The translations under genes and the position numbers were made by a program. DNA of 64,000 bases from Candidatus Falkowbacteria bacterium (lineage in GTDB: Bacteria > Patescibacteriota > Patescibacteriia > UBA11705): NCBI GenBank assembly GCA_003518055.1, contig DOZJ01000005.1:1319-65318 (forward strand). Direction: 5' to 3'. Under the pieces are notes generated by a model. That model saw nothing but the letters and a program-made list of their open reading frames with translations, did no database searches and had not been told where the DNA came from. The stretch's first letter is position 1; every line of letters begins with the position of its first letter. Shown here in pieces: positions 54,936 to 64,000 of this stretch.

Positions 54936-57053
54936 TTAATATGGACACATCGCTCCCGGCTGCACCTGCATACCGCCCTCACCGGAATCATCCACCGTCC
55001 CGCAGCAAGCCCGTCCGGGAGTTTGCGGATCGCAGGCTGGTCCTTTACACGGATTAAAGCAGTTTCCCTGCATATCTTGAACCCCGGACATAATTTTCGG
55101 AAAAAAGAAAGGGATATCTAATGGATTTTGAGCCAGTGTAAACGGACCGTGATTGATCATTGTTCTTCGATCATCAGTGGTACAAAAACGTGACCCATCC
55201 GGAGATACGCCCTGATTACAAAATAAACTGCCGGTATACCAACCATTCCACGAATCCGAAACGATTATCATATTATTATTAGTCGTTGTTGTCGGATCCA
55301 TCGCCTCATTAAAGGTGGCCGACACTAAACTGTCCGGCTGGACTCCGTCACTTTTATCCTCGCCGTTTTGCGGCGTTAGGGCGGTTATTTGTGGCGGAAT
55401 CAAATCCACCTGAGACGACGTCAAAAAAGACCAATCAAAACTATCAATCGCTTGGGTCTCAGTCTGGCCATTGCCCCGCCCGATTCGTCCATTGGTATCA
55501 AGGCCGTTTAGAGCCGCGTCCACAATACCTCCAACTGGAAATCTGATTGCTGTTGGTCCGGCCGGCCCATCCGGATCGGCCGAGTTATAATTAATCAAAT
55601 TGCTCTTAGGCACCGATCTAACCAAAGTTCTAATTTCACTGTCCGCCGGCAGACAAGTCACGATATCGCCACAAGAATTGAATAGATCTGCCCCAGTGCC
55701 ACAATTTCCGTTTGATTTAAAAATTATCGATCGATATTGATTGACCGCTCCGATCACATCGCCAGTTATCGCTGCGCCGGCCGTATCATTGGTCACCAGA
55801 AACTCCGCGTTAGCATAATCAGTCACGTTAGTTGAAGTCATCCGCGAAAAAATCGGTGGAATCACCGCCTCACTAAAATCCACTCTGATCCGGCTGTTAC
55901 GCCATTGTGTAACCGCGTTCGCCGCGCCCAAATCATACTCGATTGGTTGACCGTTGGCATCCAACGTTACCGGATATACATTAGTAATAAAAGGCGGAGT
56001 TATATCAATCGTTGTATTCGTCGTAAAATACCACGGGTAAGATGAAACTGTTTGTCCGTTAAACACTCCGGTATTGGTTTGAAATTTTCTAATATTATTT
56101 GTTAACAAGGTGAAATATGTTACGTCTTCCGCCACAGTACCCAAATGATCGGTTGGGCTATTGCCATACGGATTTATCACGATGGTTTTAAAATCCGGAG
56201 TCATATAAACTTCACCGGTGACAAATTCAAAACCGCTCGGTGAAGGTTCATTCCCCCGCCACAAATTACACACTGGCCGGTTATTCCGTTGCGTCGGATC
56301 ATAACTGGGCGGCGCTATCGACCCTGCCGGATATTCGGTCTGACAAGCCTCATATATTTTAACCGCTTCTGTATTCAAGTCTCCAGCACAAACACAATTA
56401 TTGTCCGGCGTTACCGTCGTACACGCACTGCCATTTATATCAGTACAAACAAAAGCACTGTTATCTATAATAACACTACCGGGAACAATCGCTTCTTTGA
56501 AGGTAACCATTATTACCGTATTTCTAGGTACGGTCGCCCCAATTCCGGGGAAATGATCTTGAATCACCAGCCCGAGAATCCCCGAGCCGAGTCCGGGAGT
56601 AGTATATTCCCGCTGAATCCCATCACCTGTCCCACCGCCCAAAATATCCTGCAATCGACTGATAATATAACTCGTAATCGCGAACGCTGACATCATAATC
56701 GCCAGACCGATCGTCGCGTTGATCATTACTTTCTTGGCTTTGCCGGTCTTGACTTCTTCTCCACCGCTAGTCATGTAAAGATACCCGGCATAAATCATGA
56801 GCACCAAAAAAATCGACCCCACAAAACCAAAAAATATTCGAATCACCCTCGCGATTATAATTCTCGGATCTTCGTTCCCCAATCCGGTCGCTTCTCCCAC
56901 CTGTTCCGTCCCCTCGATAACACCCGGTGCCTGAGCCAAAACTGTCGAGACGCCGGTATAAAAAATCGCAATCAAAACCAACGCCAAAAAAACTCCGGCA
57001 TAGACGAGCTTTTTCTTCCGCTTAACCATTAAAAATTTAGACCGCCGATCCAT
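54936..57053 (-). CDS. Secreted protein (705 aa) sharing the N-terminal anchor module of the 2675-aa giant
   Basis: Residues about 40-130 (TGLGNEDPRIIIARVIRIFFGFVGS...YLYMTSGGEEVKTGKAKKVMINATIGLAIMMSAFAITSYIISRL) are near-colinear with the giant N-terminus. Confidence 0.7.
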   Translation of the reverse strand: MDRRSKFLMVKRKKKLVYAGVFLALVLIAIFYTGVSTVLAQAPGVIEGTEQVGEATGLGNEDPRIIIARVIRIFFGFVGSIFLVLMIYAGYLYMTSGGEEVKTGKAKKVMINATIGLAIMMSAFAITSYIISRLQDILGGGTGDGIQREYTTPGLGSGILGLVIQDHFPGIGATVPRNTVIMVTFKEAIVPGSVIIDNSAFVCTDINGSACTTVTPDNNCVCAGDLNTEAVKIYEACQTEYPAGSIAPPSYDPTQRNNRPVCNLWRGNEPSPSGFEFVTGEVYMTPDFKTIVINPYGNSPTDHLGTVAEDVTYFTLLTNNIRKFQTNTGVFNGQTVSSYPWYFTTNTTIDITPPFITNVYPVTLDANGQPIEYDLGAANAVTQWRNSRIRVDFSEAVIPPIFSRMTSTNVTDYANAEFLVTNDTAGAAITGDVIGAVNQYRSIIFKSNGNCGTGADLFNSCGDIVTCLPADSEIRTLVRSVPKSNLINYNSADPDGPAGPTAIRFPVGGIVDAALNGLDTNGRIGRGNGQTETQAIDSFDWSFLTSSQVDLIPPQITALTPQNGEDKSDGVQPDSLVSATFNEAMDPTTTTNNNMIIVSDSWNGWYTGSLFCNQGVSPDGSRFCTTDDRRTMINHGPFTLAQNPLDIPFFFPKIMSGVQDMQGNCFNPCKGPACDPQTPGRACCGTVDDSGEGGMQVQPGAMCPY

Positions 57054-57065
57054 AGAGCGCGATAT

Positions 57066-57518
57066 TCATTGAATCATTTTCTTCACCATTGACTGCACCT
57101 TTTGACCATCAGCCTGACCGGCGAGCGCCTTCATCACTCGTCCCATCACCTGCCCGAAATTTGCCTTGTCACTTTCAGACAATGTAGCCAATATTTCTTT
57201 GACCCGGACCTCAATCTGTTCATCGGACAACTGCGCCGGCACATATTGGTCCAAAACTGAAATTTCAAATTCATCGATTTGTTTTAAATCTTCTCGTCCG
57301 CCTTGAATGTAATTGGCTATTGCTTCTCGTCTTTTTTTGATCTCCGTCCGAATCACCGTTATCAATTCCGTTTCATCCAAAAGGCGTCCAAGCTCTATCT
57401 CCTTGTTTTTGGCACCGGCGCGAAGCCCCCGAATCACGTTCAATTTTTTTGTATTTTTATCTTTTAAAGCTTGAATAAAATCAGCTTCAATTCTCTCTTG
57501 AAGTTCCATATATTTCAA
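57066..57518 (-). CDS. GatB/YqeY domain protein
   Basis: 150-aa ORF with YqeY-like pattern (ELQERIEADFIQALKDK...IRGLRAG...). Confidence 0.75.
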   Translation of the reverse strand: MKYMELQERIEADFIQALKDKNTKKLNVIRGLRAGAKNKEIELGRLLDETELITVIRTEIKKRREAIANYIQGGREDLKQIDEFEISVLDQYVPAQLSDEQIEVRVKEILATLSESDKANFGQVMGRVMKALAGQADGQKVQSMVKKMIQ

Positions 57519-57686
57519 TTAAATTATAACATTTTTTTTCTCAAGTCACAAATCTTCATGTTAATGATTTACACACAGCGGCCGTAAAACATTTTTCTTG
57601 AACCTCACGGCACAAAGACAACCACCAGCCCAACAGCTACTGATTTTCACCAATAAAAAAATCACCCTGTTCGGGTGATCTTTTAT

Positions 57687-57929
57687 TTATCGCTTAAACT
57701 TTTTCTTTTCATCCTCTTTCAACCGGCCGGACTTTTTCAAATATTCCAATCTTTCTTTCATTTTCATCGAATACAAACGAGACTCCTTGGTCATATTTCG
57801 ACTTTTGTCTTTGCTGTGATAGCGGATTTTCTTGAATTGCAAAATTTTGCCGCTCTGAATCAACCGTTTATTGAAGCGTCTGACAAAAGACTCAAAAGTT
57901 TCGCCTTTTTTTCGTTTCACTTCTACCAT
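57687..57929 (-). CDS. rpsU: 30S ribosomal protein S21
   Basis: 80-aa basic protein. ETFESFVRRFNKRLIQSGKI matches the S21 N-terminal signature. Confidence 0.8.
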   Translation of the reverse strand: MVEVKRKKGETFESFVRRFNKRLIQSGKILQFKKIRYHSKDKSRNMTKESRLYSMKMKERLEYLKKSGRLKEDEKKKFKR

Positions 57930-58067
57930 ACGTTATTTCCACACCCTTTCTATATAAATTTTTATAAAATAAATATTTCTTTCACTCATTACCGACCTCC
58001 AATCGCTGACCAAACCATCCTCAAACGCGCCGTTACTTGTTTTTCCCTGACGCGGTATATTCAACCA

Positions 58068-59384
58068 TTATCTTTTATACAAGATTTTCCGAATCTCGGC
58101 AATTACCTTCTTGATATTAACCACTTCCTGAATCCCACTTTCCACGTCGCGCATCAAAATAGTCCCATCCAAAGCTTCTTTCTGCCCTAGGATTAATACT
58201 ATTTTGGCGCCTATTTTTGTCGCCGTGTCGAGCTGGCTCTTCAAACTATCTTTGGAAAAATTAGCCACCACCCGAAAATCTTCACGGCGCAATTCATCCA
58301 CAAATTGCATCGCTCGTCTTTTGGCCTGTTCACTCAATTGCGCCAAATACACATGGGGACTCTTGGCTTTGGGCACCTCGATTTTTCGATTTTTAATTTC
58401 TGAAATTACTTTCTCCACAATGAGCGACATGGTACAGGCCGGCATTTCCGGTCCGCTCAGCATTTCCGACAAATGATTGATGCGTCCGCCTTGAGCCAAC
58501 AATACCTTTTCACCGTCTTCGGATCGATTATATATCGAATAAACCGTACCACCAAAATATCCAAAATCAGGAACCATGGAATTATCCATTTCATATTCAA
58601 CCTTCACCTCGTCCAAAGCTTCCAAAAACCTGAATAAATGGCTATGTTCATCCTCGGACAAATAATCCACAATCTGCGGCGCGTCTTCAATCTGCTTGGC
58701 GCACTTTTGATTGGCGCAGGCCAAAAATTTAAATGGGTCTCTGGTTGCCTGGCTACGGCACTCGGTACAGATAGCAGAACGACGGCTTTTAATATACCCT
58801 GTCAATGCTTTAGCATATTCTACTCGGCCCGTCAACCCTCCCAAACTATTGACCTTCACATACGGCGTCAATCCCATTGCTACCAAAGTTTGGTAAATCA
58901 TAACTACCAACTCCGCATCAGCCGCCGGAGAACTCACACCATACACCTGATATCCCATTTGATACATCTGCCTATGCTTGCTTTCATAATGCTCGCCTTG
59001 AGTCATGATTGATCCCCCGTACCACAATTTCACCGGCATAGACTGATTATGCAGACTGTGTTCAATAAAAGATCGCATTACCGCCGGCGTAAAATCCGCC
59101 CGAATCGCCACCTTTTCATTTTTATCAACAAAAGTAATTATATCCTTTCGCACAAAATCGCTATTCCGTCCGATAGTGTGGGCATACAAATCAAACCGCT
59201 CCAATATCGGTGTATCAATCCATTGAAAACTAAAATCAGTCGCGGCCTGAGTCAAACCGTCAACCAAGATCCGCCAATATTTATTATCCGAGGGCAAAAC
59301 ATCTTTCATCCCCTTCACCAGCGGCGGAGTTTTGATTTTTTTTATTTGCTCCATCGGCTCGTCCATTTTTTTTCTTCTAGGCAT
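58068..59384 (-). CDS. hisS: Histidine--tRNA ligase
   Basis: Class II aaRS core with HisS-specific motifs (GMKDVLP...W; AIRADFTP; GGRIN) and a C-terminal anticodon-binding domain. Confidence 0.9.
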   Translation of the reverse strand: MPRRKKMDEPMEQIKKIKTPPLVKGMKDVLPSDNKYWRILVDGLTQAATDFSFQWIDTPILERFDLYAHTIGRNSDFVRKDIITFVDKNEKVAIRADFTPAVMRSFIEHSLHNQSMPVKLWYGGSIMTQGEHYESKHRQMYQMGYQVYGVSSPAADAELVVMIYQTLVAMGLTPYVKVNSLGGLTGRVEYAKALTGYIKSRRSAICTECRSQATRDPFKFLACANQKCAKQIEDAPQIVDYLSEDEHSHLFRFLEALDEVKVEYEMDNSMVPDFGYFGGTVYSIYNRSEDGEKVLLAQGGRINHLSEMLSGPEMPACTMSLIVEKVISEIKNRKIEVPKAKSPHVYLAQLSEQAKRRAMQFVDELRREDFRVVANFSKDSLKSQLDTATKIGAKIVLILGQKEALDGTILMRDVESGIQEVVNIKKVIAEIRKILYKR

Positions 59385-59411
59385 AAAAATTGTATCTTAT
59401 TTTATTTCAAA

Positions 59412-60104
59412 TTAATTACTGTTGAATTGAACATAATCGACTTGGTCAAATACCTTGGCACGATCAAGCGGCCACCCTCGAAGCCATACTTTACCGACGA
59501 TAAAGCCTCGACTGACCGGACCAAATAACCGCGAATCCAAACTATGCTCTCGATTATCTCCCATCACATAATATTCATCTGCTTCAAGCTGCCATCGTTT
59601 ATCGCCACGAGTCTGAACCGTCTGATCTAAATAATTAAATTCATCCAACAAATATTTCTTTTCCCCGACATCAGTATAGATAAAGACAAAACCATCCTTT
59701 ACTTCCACTGTTTCACCCGGCAAACCGATCACTCGTTTGATAAAAAACTGGGTTGGATCTTTTGGATATTTAAACACCACGATATCCCCCCGCTCAGGAT
59801 TGGAAAAACGGTATGACAATTCATCAATAATCAAATACTCATGATCATAAAAACTCGGCTCCATCGACGCCCCTTGGACATAAAACGGCTGAATCAAAAA
59901 ATATCTGACCGGAATGATTATCGCGAGAGCTACCGCCACCACTTTGATCAAATCCCAAAAAAAATACCAGACACGCTTGCCGAATGATAAATCATCGTGT
60001 TGCTGGCTAAAAGTGTATTTGTCTATATTTTTACTAAGCATTGACTCAATTATACCTGATAAAAAGTAAAAAATCAAGCCCCTGAACCTTCCCGAGTATA
60101 ACAC
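59412..60104 (-). CDS. lepB: Signal peptidase I
   Basis: GASMEPS (catalytic Ser box) and YVMGDNREHSLDSR (box D/E). Confidence 0.85.
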   Translation of the reverse strand: MLYSGRFRGLIFYFLSGIIESMLSKNIDKYTFSQQHDDLSFGKRVWYFFWDLIKVVAVALAIIIPVRYFLIQPFYVQGASMEPSFYDHEYLIIDELSYRFSNPERGDIVVFKYPKDPTQFFIKRVIGLPGETVEVKDGFVFIYTDVGEKKYLLDEFNYLDQTVQTRGDKRWQLEADEYYVMGDNREHSLDSRLFGPVSRGFIVGKVWLRGWPLDRAKVFDQVDYVQFNSN

Positions 60105-60184
60105 AAAATGTTATTTCCGCCAAATCCCATACCGCTTGCTTATTTCCGCTTCTCCCACTATAATGGTCTTAATGAAACTAAGCC

Positions 60185-61684
60185 TTGAATCCTCTTAGTT
60201 TTCTTTTGGTTTTTATGCTGCAAAAATACAAGAAAAATCTTGATGACCACAATATTAATCTGCTTGACTACACCGACAACCAAAGCCCCAAAGGCCGGCC
60301 GTTTTTCAAAGTCAGCAAATTTATTGTTTACATGTTGACCACCCTCGTCATTATATTCTTCATTTTTACCTATCAAATTCTCTTTACCAACAGCAGCTTC
60401 GTGGACTCCCTCGGCGGTTCAGGCGGATTTTTCAAACAATTGACATCCATTGCCAAAAGCTCTGACCAACTCCAAGGTTACGAAGATGATCGGATCAATA
60501 TTTTACTCCTTGGTATTGGCGGCGAAGGTCATGATGGACCGAATTTAACCGACACTATCATGATTGCCAGCCTCAAACCATCAACCAAATCAGTTGGATT
60601 CATTTCCATACCGCGAGACCTGCTGGTTGATATTCCCGGCCAAGGGCTGTGGAAAATAAACAACGCCAATCATTTTGGTGAAAAGGAAAAAACCGGACAC
60701 GGACCAGAACTGACCAGCCAAGTAGTCTCAAATATCACCGGTATTCCCATTCACTATTATATCCGCGTTGATTTTGACGGGTTTGCCCAAATTATCGACG
60801 ATCTGGGCGGGGTCAAAGTTTACGTTGATCGCAGTTTTGTCGACTATCAATATCCGGCGGCCAATTACAAATATCAAGTCGTGTCTTTTGATCAGGGCTG
60901 GCAAACCATGGACGGCGACGCGGCCCTCAAATTCGCCCGGTCAAGACACGGCAACAACGGTGAAGGCTCTGATTTCTCCCGATCCAACCGCCAGCAAAAA
61001 ATCATTGCCGCCGCCAAAGATCGCGCCTTTTCCTTTCGCACCCTTTTCAACCCAAGCAAAATCAACAAAATGCTGAAAACACTCGACACCCACATTGCGA
61101 CCAACATGTCCATTTCCGAAATTATCGAACTGTATAAATTATCAAAAAATCTCAACACCGATAACCCGATAAACCTTATTCTCGACGACGGCCCCAATGG
61201 TTATTTATTTTCTTCCATGGTGAACAATTCTTATGTTCTGCAACCTAGAGGCGGCAGCTATACCGCTATCAGTTCAGCCGTCAAGCATATTTTTGATCAA
61301 ACCACCATCGAGTCGCCCAAAATGCAGACCGCTTCCATTGAAATCCGCAATGGTACAACGATCAATGGCCTAGCCTTCGAAACTTCACAAACATTAAAAA
61401 ACCTCGGCTACAAAATCATCAAAATCGGCAACGCGCCAACGCAAAACTATCCCGAGACGCAAATATACCAACTCCAAGCCGATGCCAATCAAGAATCATT
61501 AGATAACCTGAAATCAACTTTTAACGCGGTTCTTGTTGATTCGGTTCCCGAGTGGATCCGCGAAGACGCTGAACTCACCACCGAATTTTACATTATTCTC
61601 GGAGACCCCGATCACATTGAAACCGCGCTGCCTGAGACCGCGCCGCAACCTTTAATCACCGACTCATCCGCTGACAACCAATAA
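60185..61684 (+). CDS. LytR-CpsA-Psr (LCP) family cell-envelope phosphotransferase with LytR_C domain
   Basis: N-terminal TM helix. [24 protein letters not shown]...ISIPRD is the LCP signature. Confidence 0.85.
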   Translation: MNPLSFLLVFMLQKYKKNLDDHNINLLDYTDNQSPKGRPFFKVSKFIVYMLTTLVIIFFIFTYQILFTNSSFVDSLGGSGGFFKQLTSIAKSSDQLQGYEDDRINILLLGIGGEGHDGPNLTDTIMIASLKPSTKSVGFISIPRDLLVDIPGQGLWKINNANHFGEKEKTGHGPELTSQVVSNITGIPIHYYIRVDFDGFAQIIDDLGGVKVYVDRSFVDYQYPAANYKYQVVSFDQGWQTMDGDAALKFARSRHGNNGEGSDFSRSNRQQKIIAAAKDRAFSFRTLFNPSKINKMLKTLDTHIATNMSISEIIELYKLSKNLNTDNPINLILDDGPNGYLFSSMVNNSYVLQPRGGSYTAISSAVKHIFDQTTIESPKMQTASIEIRNGTTINGLAFETSQTLKNLGYKIIKIGNAPTQNYPETQIYQLQADANQESLDNLKSTFNAVLVDSVPEWIREDAELTTEFYIILGDPDHIETALPETAPQPLITDSSADNQ

Positions 61685-61685
61685 T

Positions 61686-63065
61686 ATGACCTCATCAAAA
61701 CTTCCCAACGTCGTCCTGCTCGGCCGCACCAACGTCGGCAAATCAACGCTATTCAACACCCTGACAGAAACTCAGACCGCGATTGTCACCCGCACCGCCG
61801 GAACCACCAGAAACCCCAACCAAGGTGTTTGTTTTTGGCACAAAAAAATGTTTAATTTGATCGACACCGCCGGTCTCGATGTGTCTTCTGATGAGGCGAT
61901 CGATAAAAAAGCGATTAACCAAGCCAAAAAACATGCCGCCTCAGCCGACCTGAATCTGCTCTTGGTCGATGCCAAATCAGGCCTATTGCCTCAGGACAAA
62001 GCTTACGCGCTGATGCTAAAAAAACTGGGCAAACCGGTGATTTTGGTCATCAACAAAGTGGACAGCCGCAAACAACTCAATTCACTCGGTGAATTCGAAA
62101 AATTAGGTTTCAAAAATATCGAATTGGTCTCCGCCGCCTCCGGCGCCGGCACCGGTGATTTCTTGGACTCAGTCGTCGAGCATTTGGGTGACAAAGCACC
62201 CGCCGCCGAATTACCGGTTGAAGCCAAAACAGTCAACGTCGCCATCGTGGGTAAACCCAACGTCGGCAAATCAAGCTTGCTCAATCGCTTGGCCGCCAAA
62301 GAAATTTCCATTACCAGCCAAGTAGCCAACACCACCCGCGACACCAAAGAATATTTTCTCGAGTTAACCCATCACGACGAACCGCTCACGCTCAAATTTA
62401 TCGACACCGCCGGTCTGCGCCGCGAGGCCAAAATAAAAAACGAAATTGACATTCTCAGCCGAGACCGATCCATGGATGCCATCAAACACGCGAACATTGT
62501 TTTACTTATTATTGACGCCACCGAAGATATTACCGCTCAAGACAAAAACATCACCAAAGAAATCATCGAAAGCAGCAAAAGTTTGATCTTTGTCGTCAAT
62601 AAATGGGATTTGGTAACCGAAAAAGATACCAGCAGCGACAAAGAATTCATCGAATACATTCACCGCGCCTTCCCCTATCTGACGTGGGCTCCGGTTGTCT
62701 TTCTCTCCGCCAAAACCGGCTTCAAGCTGGATCGGCTGGTCAAATTAATTTTAGAGGTGAATGATAAACAAAATTTAGTCATTAGAGACAGAGAACTCGA
62801 AAAATTTTTAAAGTATATCATCAAGAAACAAGCGCCGCGCAAAAAAAAGGGTCTGAGACCGCCGTATCTTCATGAAATCAAACAAATCAAAACCAATCCG
62901 CAAACTTTTGAAATCAAAGCCGACCAGCCGGAAAACATTCATTTTTCCTATATCCGCTTTATCAAAAATAAACTGCGGGAAAACTTTGATTTAGCCGGGG
63001 TGGGGCTAAAAGTTTTTTCCAGCTATTACCGGCGAGTCAAATCACACCAAACAAAAAAATACTAA
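61686..63065 (+). CDS. der: Ribosome-biogenesis GTPase Der (EngA), with two GTPase domains and a KH-like domain
   Basis: Two G-domains ([12 protein letters not shown]...DTAGL and [12 protein letters not shown]...DTAGL) plus a C-terminal KH-like region. Confidence 0.9.
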   Translation: MTSSKLPNVVLLGRTNVGKSTLFNTLTETQTAIVTRTAGTTRNPNQGVCFWHKKMFNLIDTAGLDVSSDEAIDKKAINQAKKHAASADLNLLLVDAKSGLLPQDKAYALMLKKLGKPVILVINKVDSRKQLNSLGEFEKLGFKNIELVSAASGAGTGDFLDSVVEHLGDKAPAAELPVEAKTVNVAIVGKPNVGKSSLLNRLAAKEISITSQVANTTRDTKEYFLELTHHDEPLTLKFIDTAGLRREAKIKNEIDILSRDRSMDAIKHANIVLLIIDATEDITAQDKNITKEIIESSKSLIFVVNKWDLVTEKDTSSDKEFIEYIHRAFPYLTWAPVVFLSAKTGFKLDRLVKLILEVNDKQNLVIRDRELEKFLKYIIKKQAPRKKKGLRPPYLHEIKQIKTNPQTFEIKADQPENIHFSYIRFIKNKLRENFDLAGVGLKVFSSYYRRVKSHQTKKY

Positions 63066-63086
63066 CAACCCTAATTTTTTGGTCTT

Positions 63087-63653
63087 TTGCTTTTAACTTT
63101 TCATATGAAACTTATCATCGGCCTCGGCAATCCCGGCTTAGACTATCAAAAAACCCGTCACAACGTCGGTTTCATGGCTCTCGACCATTTGTGGGCCGAC
63201 CACAAAGATGATTTTCATTTAACCGCGTGGACCAACCACAAAAAATTTTCCGCCGAGATCTCTGAAGGCATCGTCAATCAAGAAAAAATCATCCTCATCA
63301 AACCGAATACCTTCATGAACGAATCAGGTCGAGCAGCATCAGCTATCAGTCACTACTATCAAGTCGCCCCCTTGGATATAATTGTTGTTCACGATGACGT
63401 TGATTTGATTTTTGGGTCATACAAAATCCAAAAAAACATCTCCAGCGCCGGCCATAATGGCATCAAATCGATTATTCAACATCTAAAAACCGAACAATTT
63501 CATCGCGTCCGAATCGGGATAGCCAAAACTGACAAAGAGAAACAAGGCGACACCGCTAAATTTGTCCTTAATCAATTTTCCTTGTTTGAACGACTCAAAC
63601 TGAACAAACTCCTGACTCAAATCACTGAAGAAATCATTACTCTCATCAAATAA
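63087..63653 (+). CDS. pth: Peptidyl-tRNA hydrolase
   Basis: MKLIIGLGNPGLDYQKTRHNVGFMALD is the canonical Pth N-terminus. Confidence 0.9.
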   Translation: MLLTFHMKLIIGLGNPGLDYQKTRHNVGFMALDHLWADHKDDFHLTAWTNHKKFSAEISEGIVNQEKIILIKPNTFMNESGRAASAISHYYQVAPLDIIVVHDDVDLIFGSYKIQKNISSAGHNGIKSIIQHLKTEQFHRVRIGIAKTDKEKQGDTAKFVLNQFSLFERLKLNKLLTQITEEIITLIK

Positions 63654-63690
63654 AAACACGAGACCTTGGTCTCGTGTTTTTATTCAAAAA
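63654..63690. terminator. Bidirectional rho-independent terminator (ACACGAGACC-ttgg-GGTCTCGTGT flanked by A-run and T-run)
   Basis: 10-bp perfect stem read directly. T-runs follow on both strands. Confidence 0.8.
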
Positions 63691-63699
63691 ACCTCTCTC

Positions 63700-63880
63700 G
63701 AGGTTTCACCAAAAATTCTCATCAATGCTCATCAGCGCAAATTGCTTAAGACCAGCTCAAGCAACTTAACTTCTGGGGCAGGAAGCTAGCACAGGAGGGG
63801 GGTACTGGCTTCACCCCGCTGATAAGCATTGATCAAAGTTCTTTCATTCTCACCTTAACAAATTCTGTGATCATGTCAAG
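63700..63880 (-). ncRNA. Candidate small structured RNA between convergent terminators (identity unresolved; compare with SRP and 6S models)
   Basis: Minus sense has a TTGACA-like box near 63873-63878. Long-range pairing AUCAGCG...CGCUGAU encloses internal hairpins (GGGGU...ACCCC; UUGCUUGAG...CUUAAGCAA). Ends with AACCUC-gaga-GAGGUU plus U-run at about 63695-63715. No protein-coding potential seen. Confidence 0.25.
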
Positions 63881-63905
63881 CCCAAAGAGAACACTTTTTG
63901 TGTTC

Positions 63906-63931
63906 AATTAAAAAAGGAGCCCATTTGCTCC
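63906..63931 (-). terminator. Rho-independent terminator on the minus strand (GGAGC-aaatgg-GCTCC plus TTTTTT)
   Basis: Read directly. Follows a minus-strand ORF that enters the window from beyond 64000. Confidence 0.6.
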
Positions 63932-63940
63932 TTCATATCA

Positions 63941-64000
63941 GTAACAATCAACCACAAAGTCAAACAATAAAGTCCCCCTGAATGCTGAATCATCACCACA
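63941..64000 (-). CDS. 3' end of an unidentified minus-strand gene (partial; ...CGDDSAFRGTLLFDFVVDCY*)
   Basis: Open frame running to the window edge with TGA at 63941-63943, followed by a terminator hairpin. Too short to identify. Confidence 0.25.

Noticed and set aside
1-64000. Searched by eye for tRNA, rRNA, tmRNA and RNase P signatures in intergenic regions (e.g. 27650-27740, 23500-23630, 63700-64000)
   Set aside because: - No cloverleaf-compatible segments with a GTTC-type T-arm and no rRNA-like conserved blocks were recognised.
- Only the 63700-63880 candidate was retained, at low confidence.

Overview
The window reads as a gene-dense bacterial chromosome segment, probably from a small-genome, CPR/Patescibacteria-like organism; this is inference from gene content and the giant surface proteins. 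Background GC is about 45-48%. Most genes are on the minus strand.

Housekeeping genes I recognise:
- hisS, rpsU, a yqeY-like gene, ftsA, ftsZ, ybeY, dgkA, nrdR, nrdD, nrdG, ogt, htrA, prfB, rsmA and lepB on the minus strand.
- An LCP-family gene, der and pth on the plus strand.

Lineage-specific or surface-associated features:
- Two giant Cys-rich secreted proteins (3096 aa and 2675 aa), plus a third large secreted FG-GAP protein that runs off the window start.
- A 705-aa secreted protein that shares a distinctive N-terminal module (signal peptide followed by a two-helix hairpin) with the 2675-aa giant.
- Four small membrane proteins with thrombospondin-type-3-like Ca-binding repeats, each sitting next to a giant gene.

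Three compositionally anomalous blocks stand out:
- An AT-rich islet (about 4.8-11.5 kb) holding a RiPP-like cassette: a 21-aa Cys-containing peptide with a strong RBS directly upstream of a radical-SAM/SPASM enzyme, followed by a small SAM methyltransferase. A second promoter-to-terminator-bounded 49-aa Cys peptide ORF sits nearby, and an alpha/beta-hydrolase-nucleotidyltransferase fusion and an HExxH protein are encoded divergently.
- A strikingly GC-rich (about 65%) lipoprotein gene bracketed by two diverged DUF559 endonuclease-like modules; one module is frameshifted.
- An AT-rich operon encoding a PEP-utilizing enzyme and a rhodanese protein.

The most unusual observation is in the class III RNR locus. 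nrdD ends right after its Zn-ribbon. The canonical glycyl-radical motif (SRVVGYLSPIHRWNKGKQAEF) is instead encoded by a separate 51-aa ORF about 120 bp downstream, ahead of nrdG.

Several repeat families were also seen: a twice-occurring roughly 150-bp 3'-UTR element, a recurring CCGCCAAACTTTTGTAGTT/AGTTAC intergenic motif, a 14-bp tandem repeat, and direct repeats flanking one small gene. A possible small structured RNA lies between convergent terminators near the 3' end of the window.
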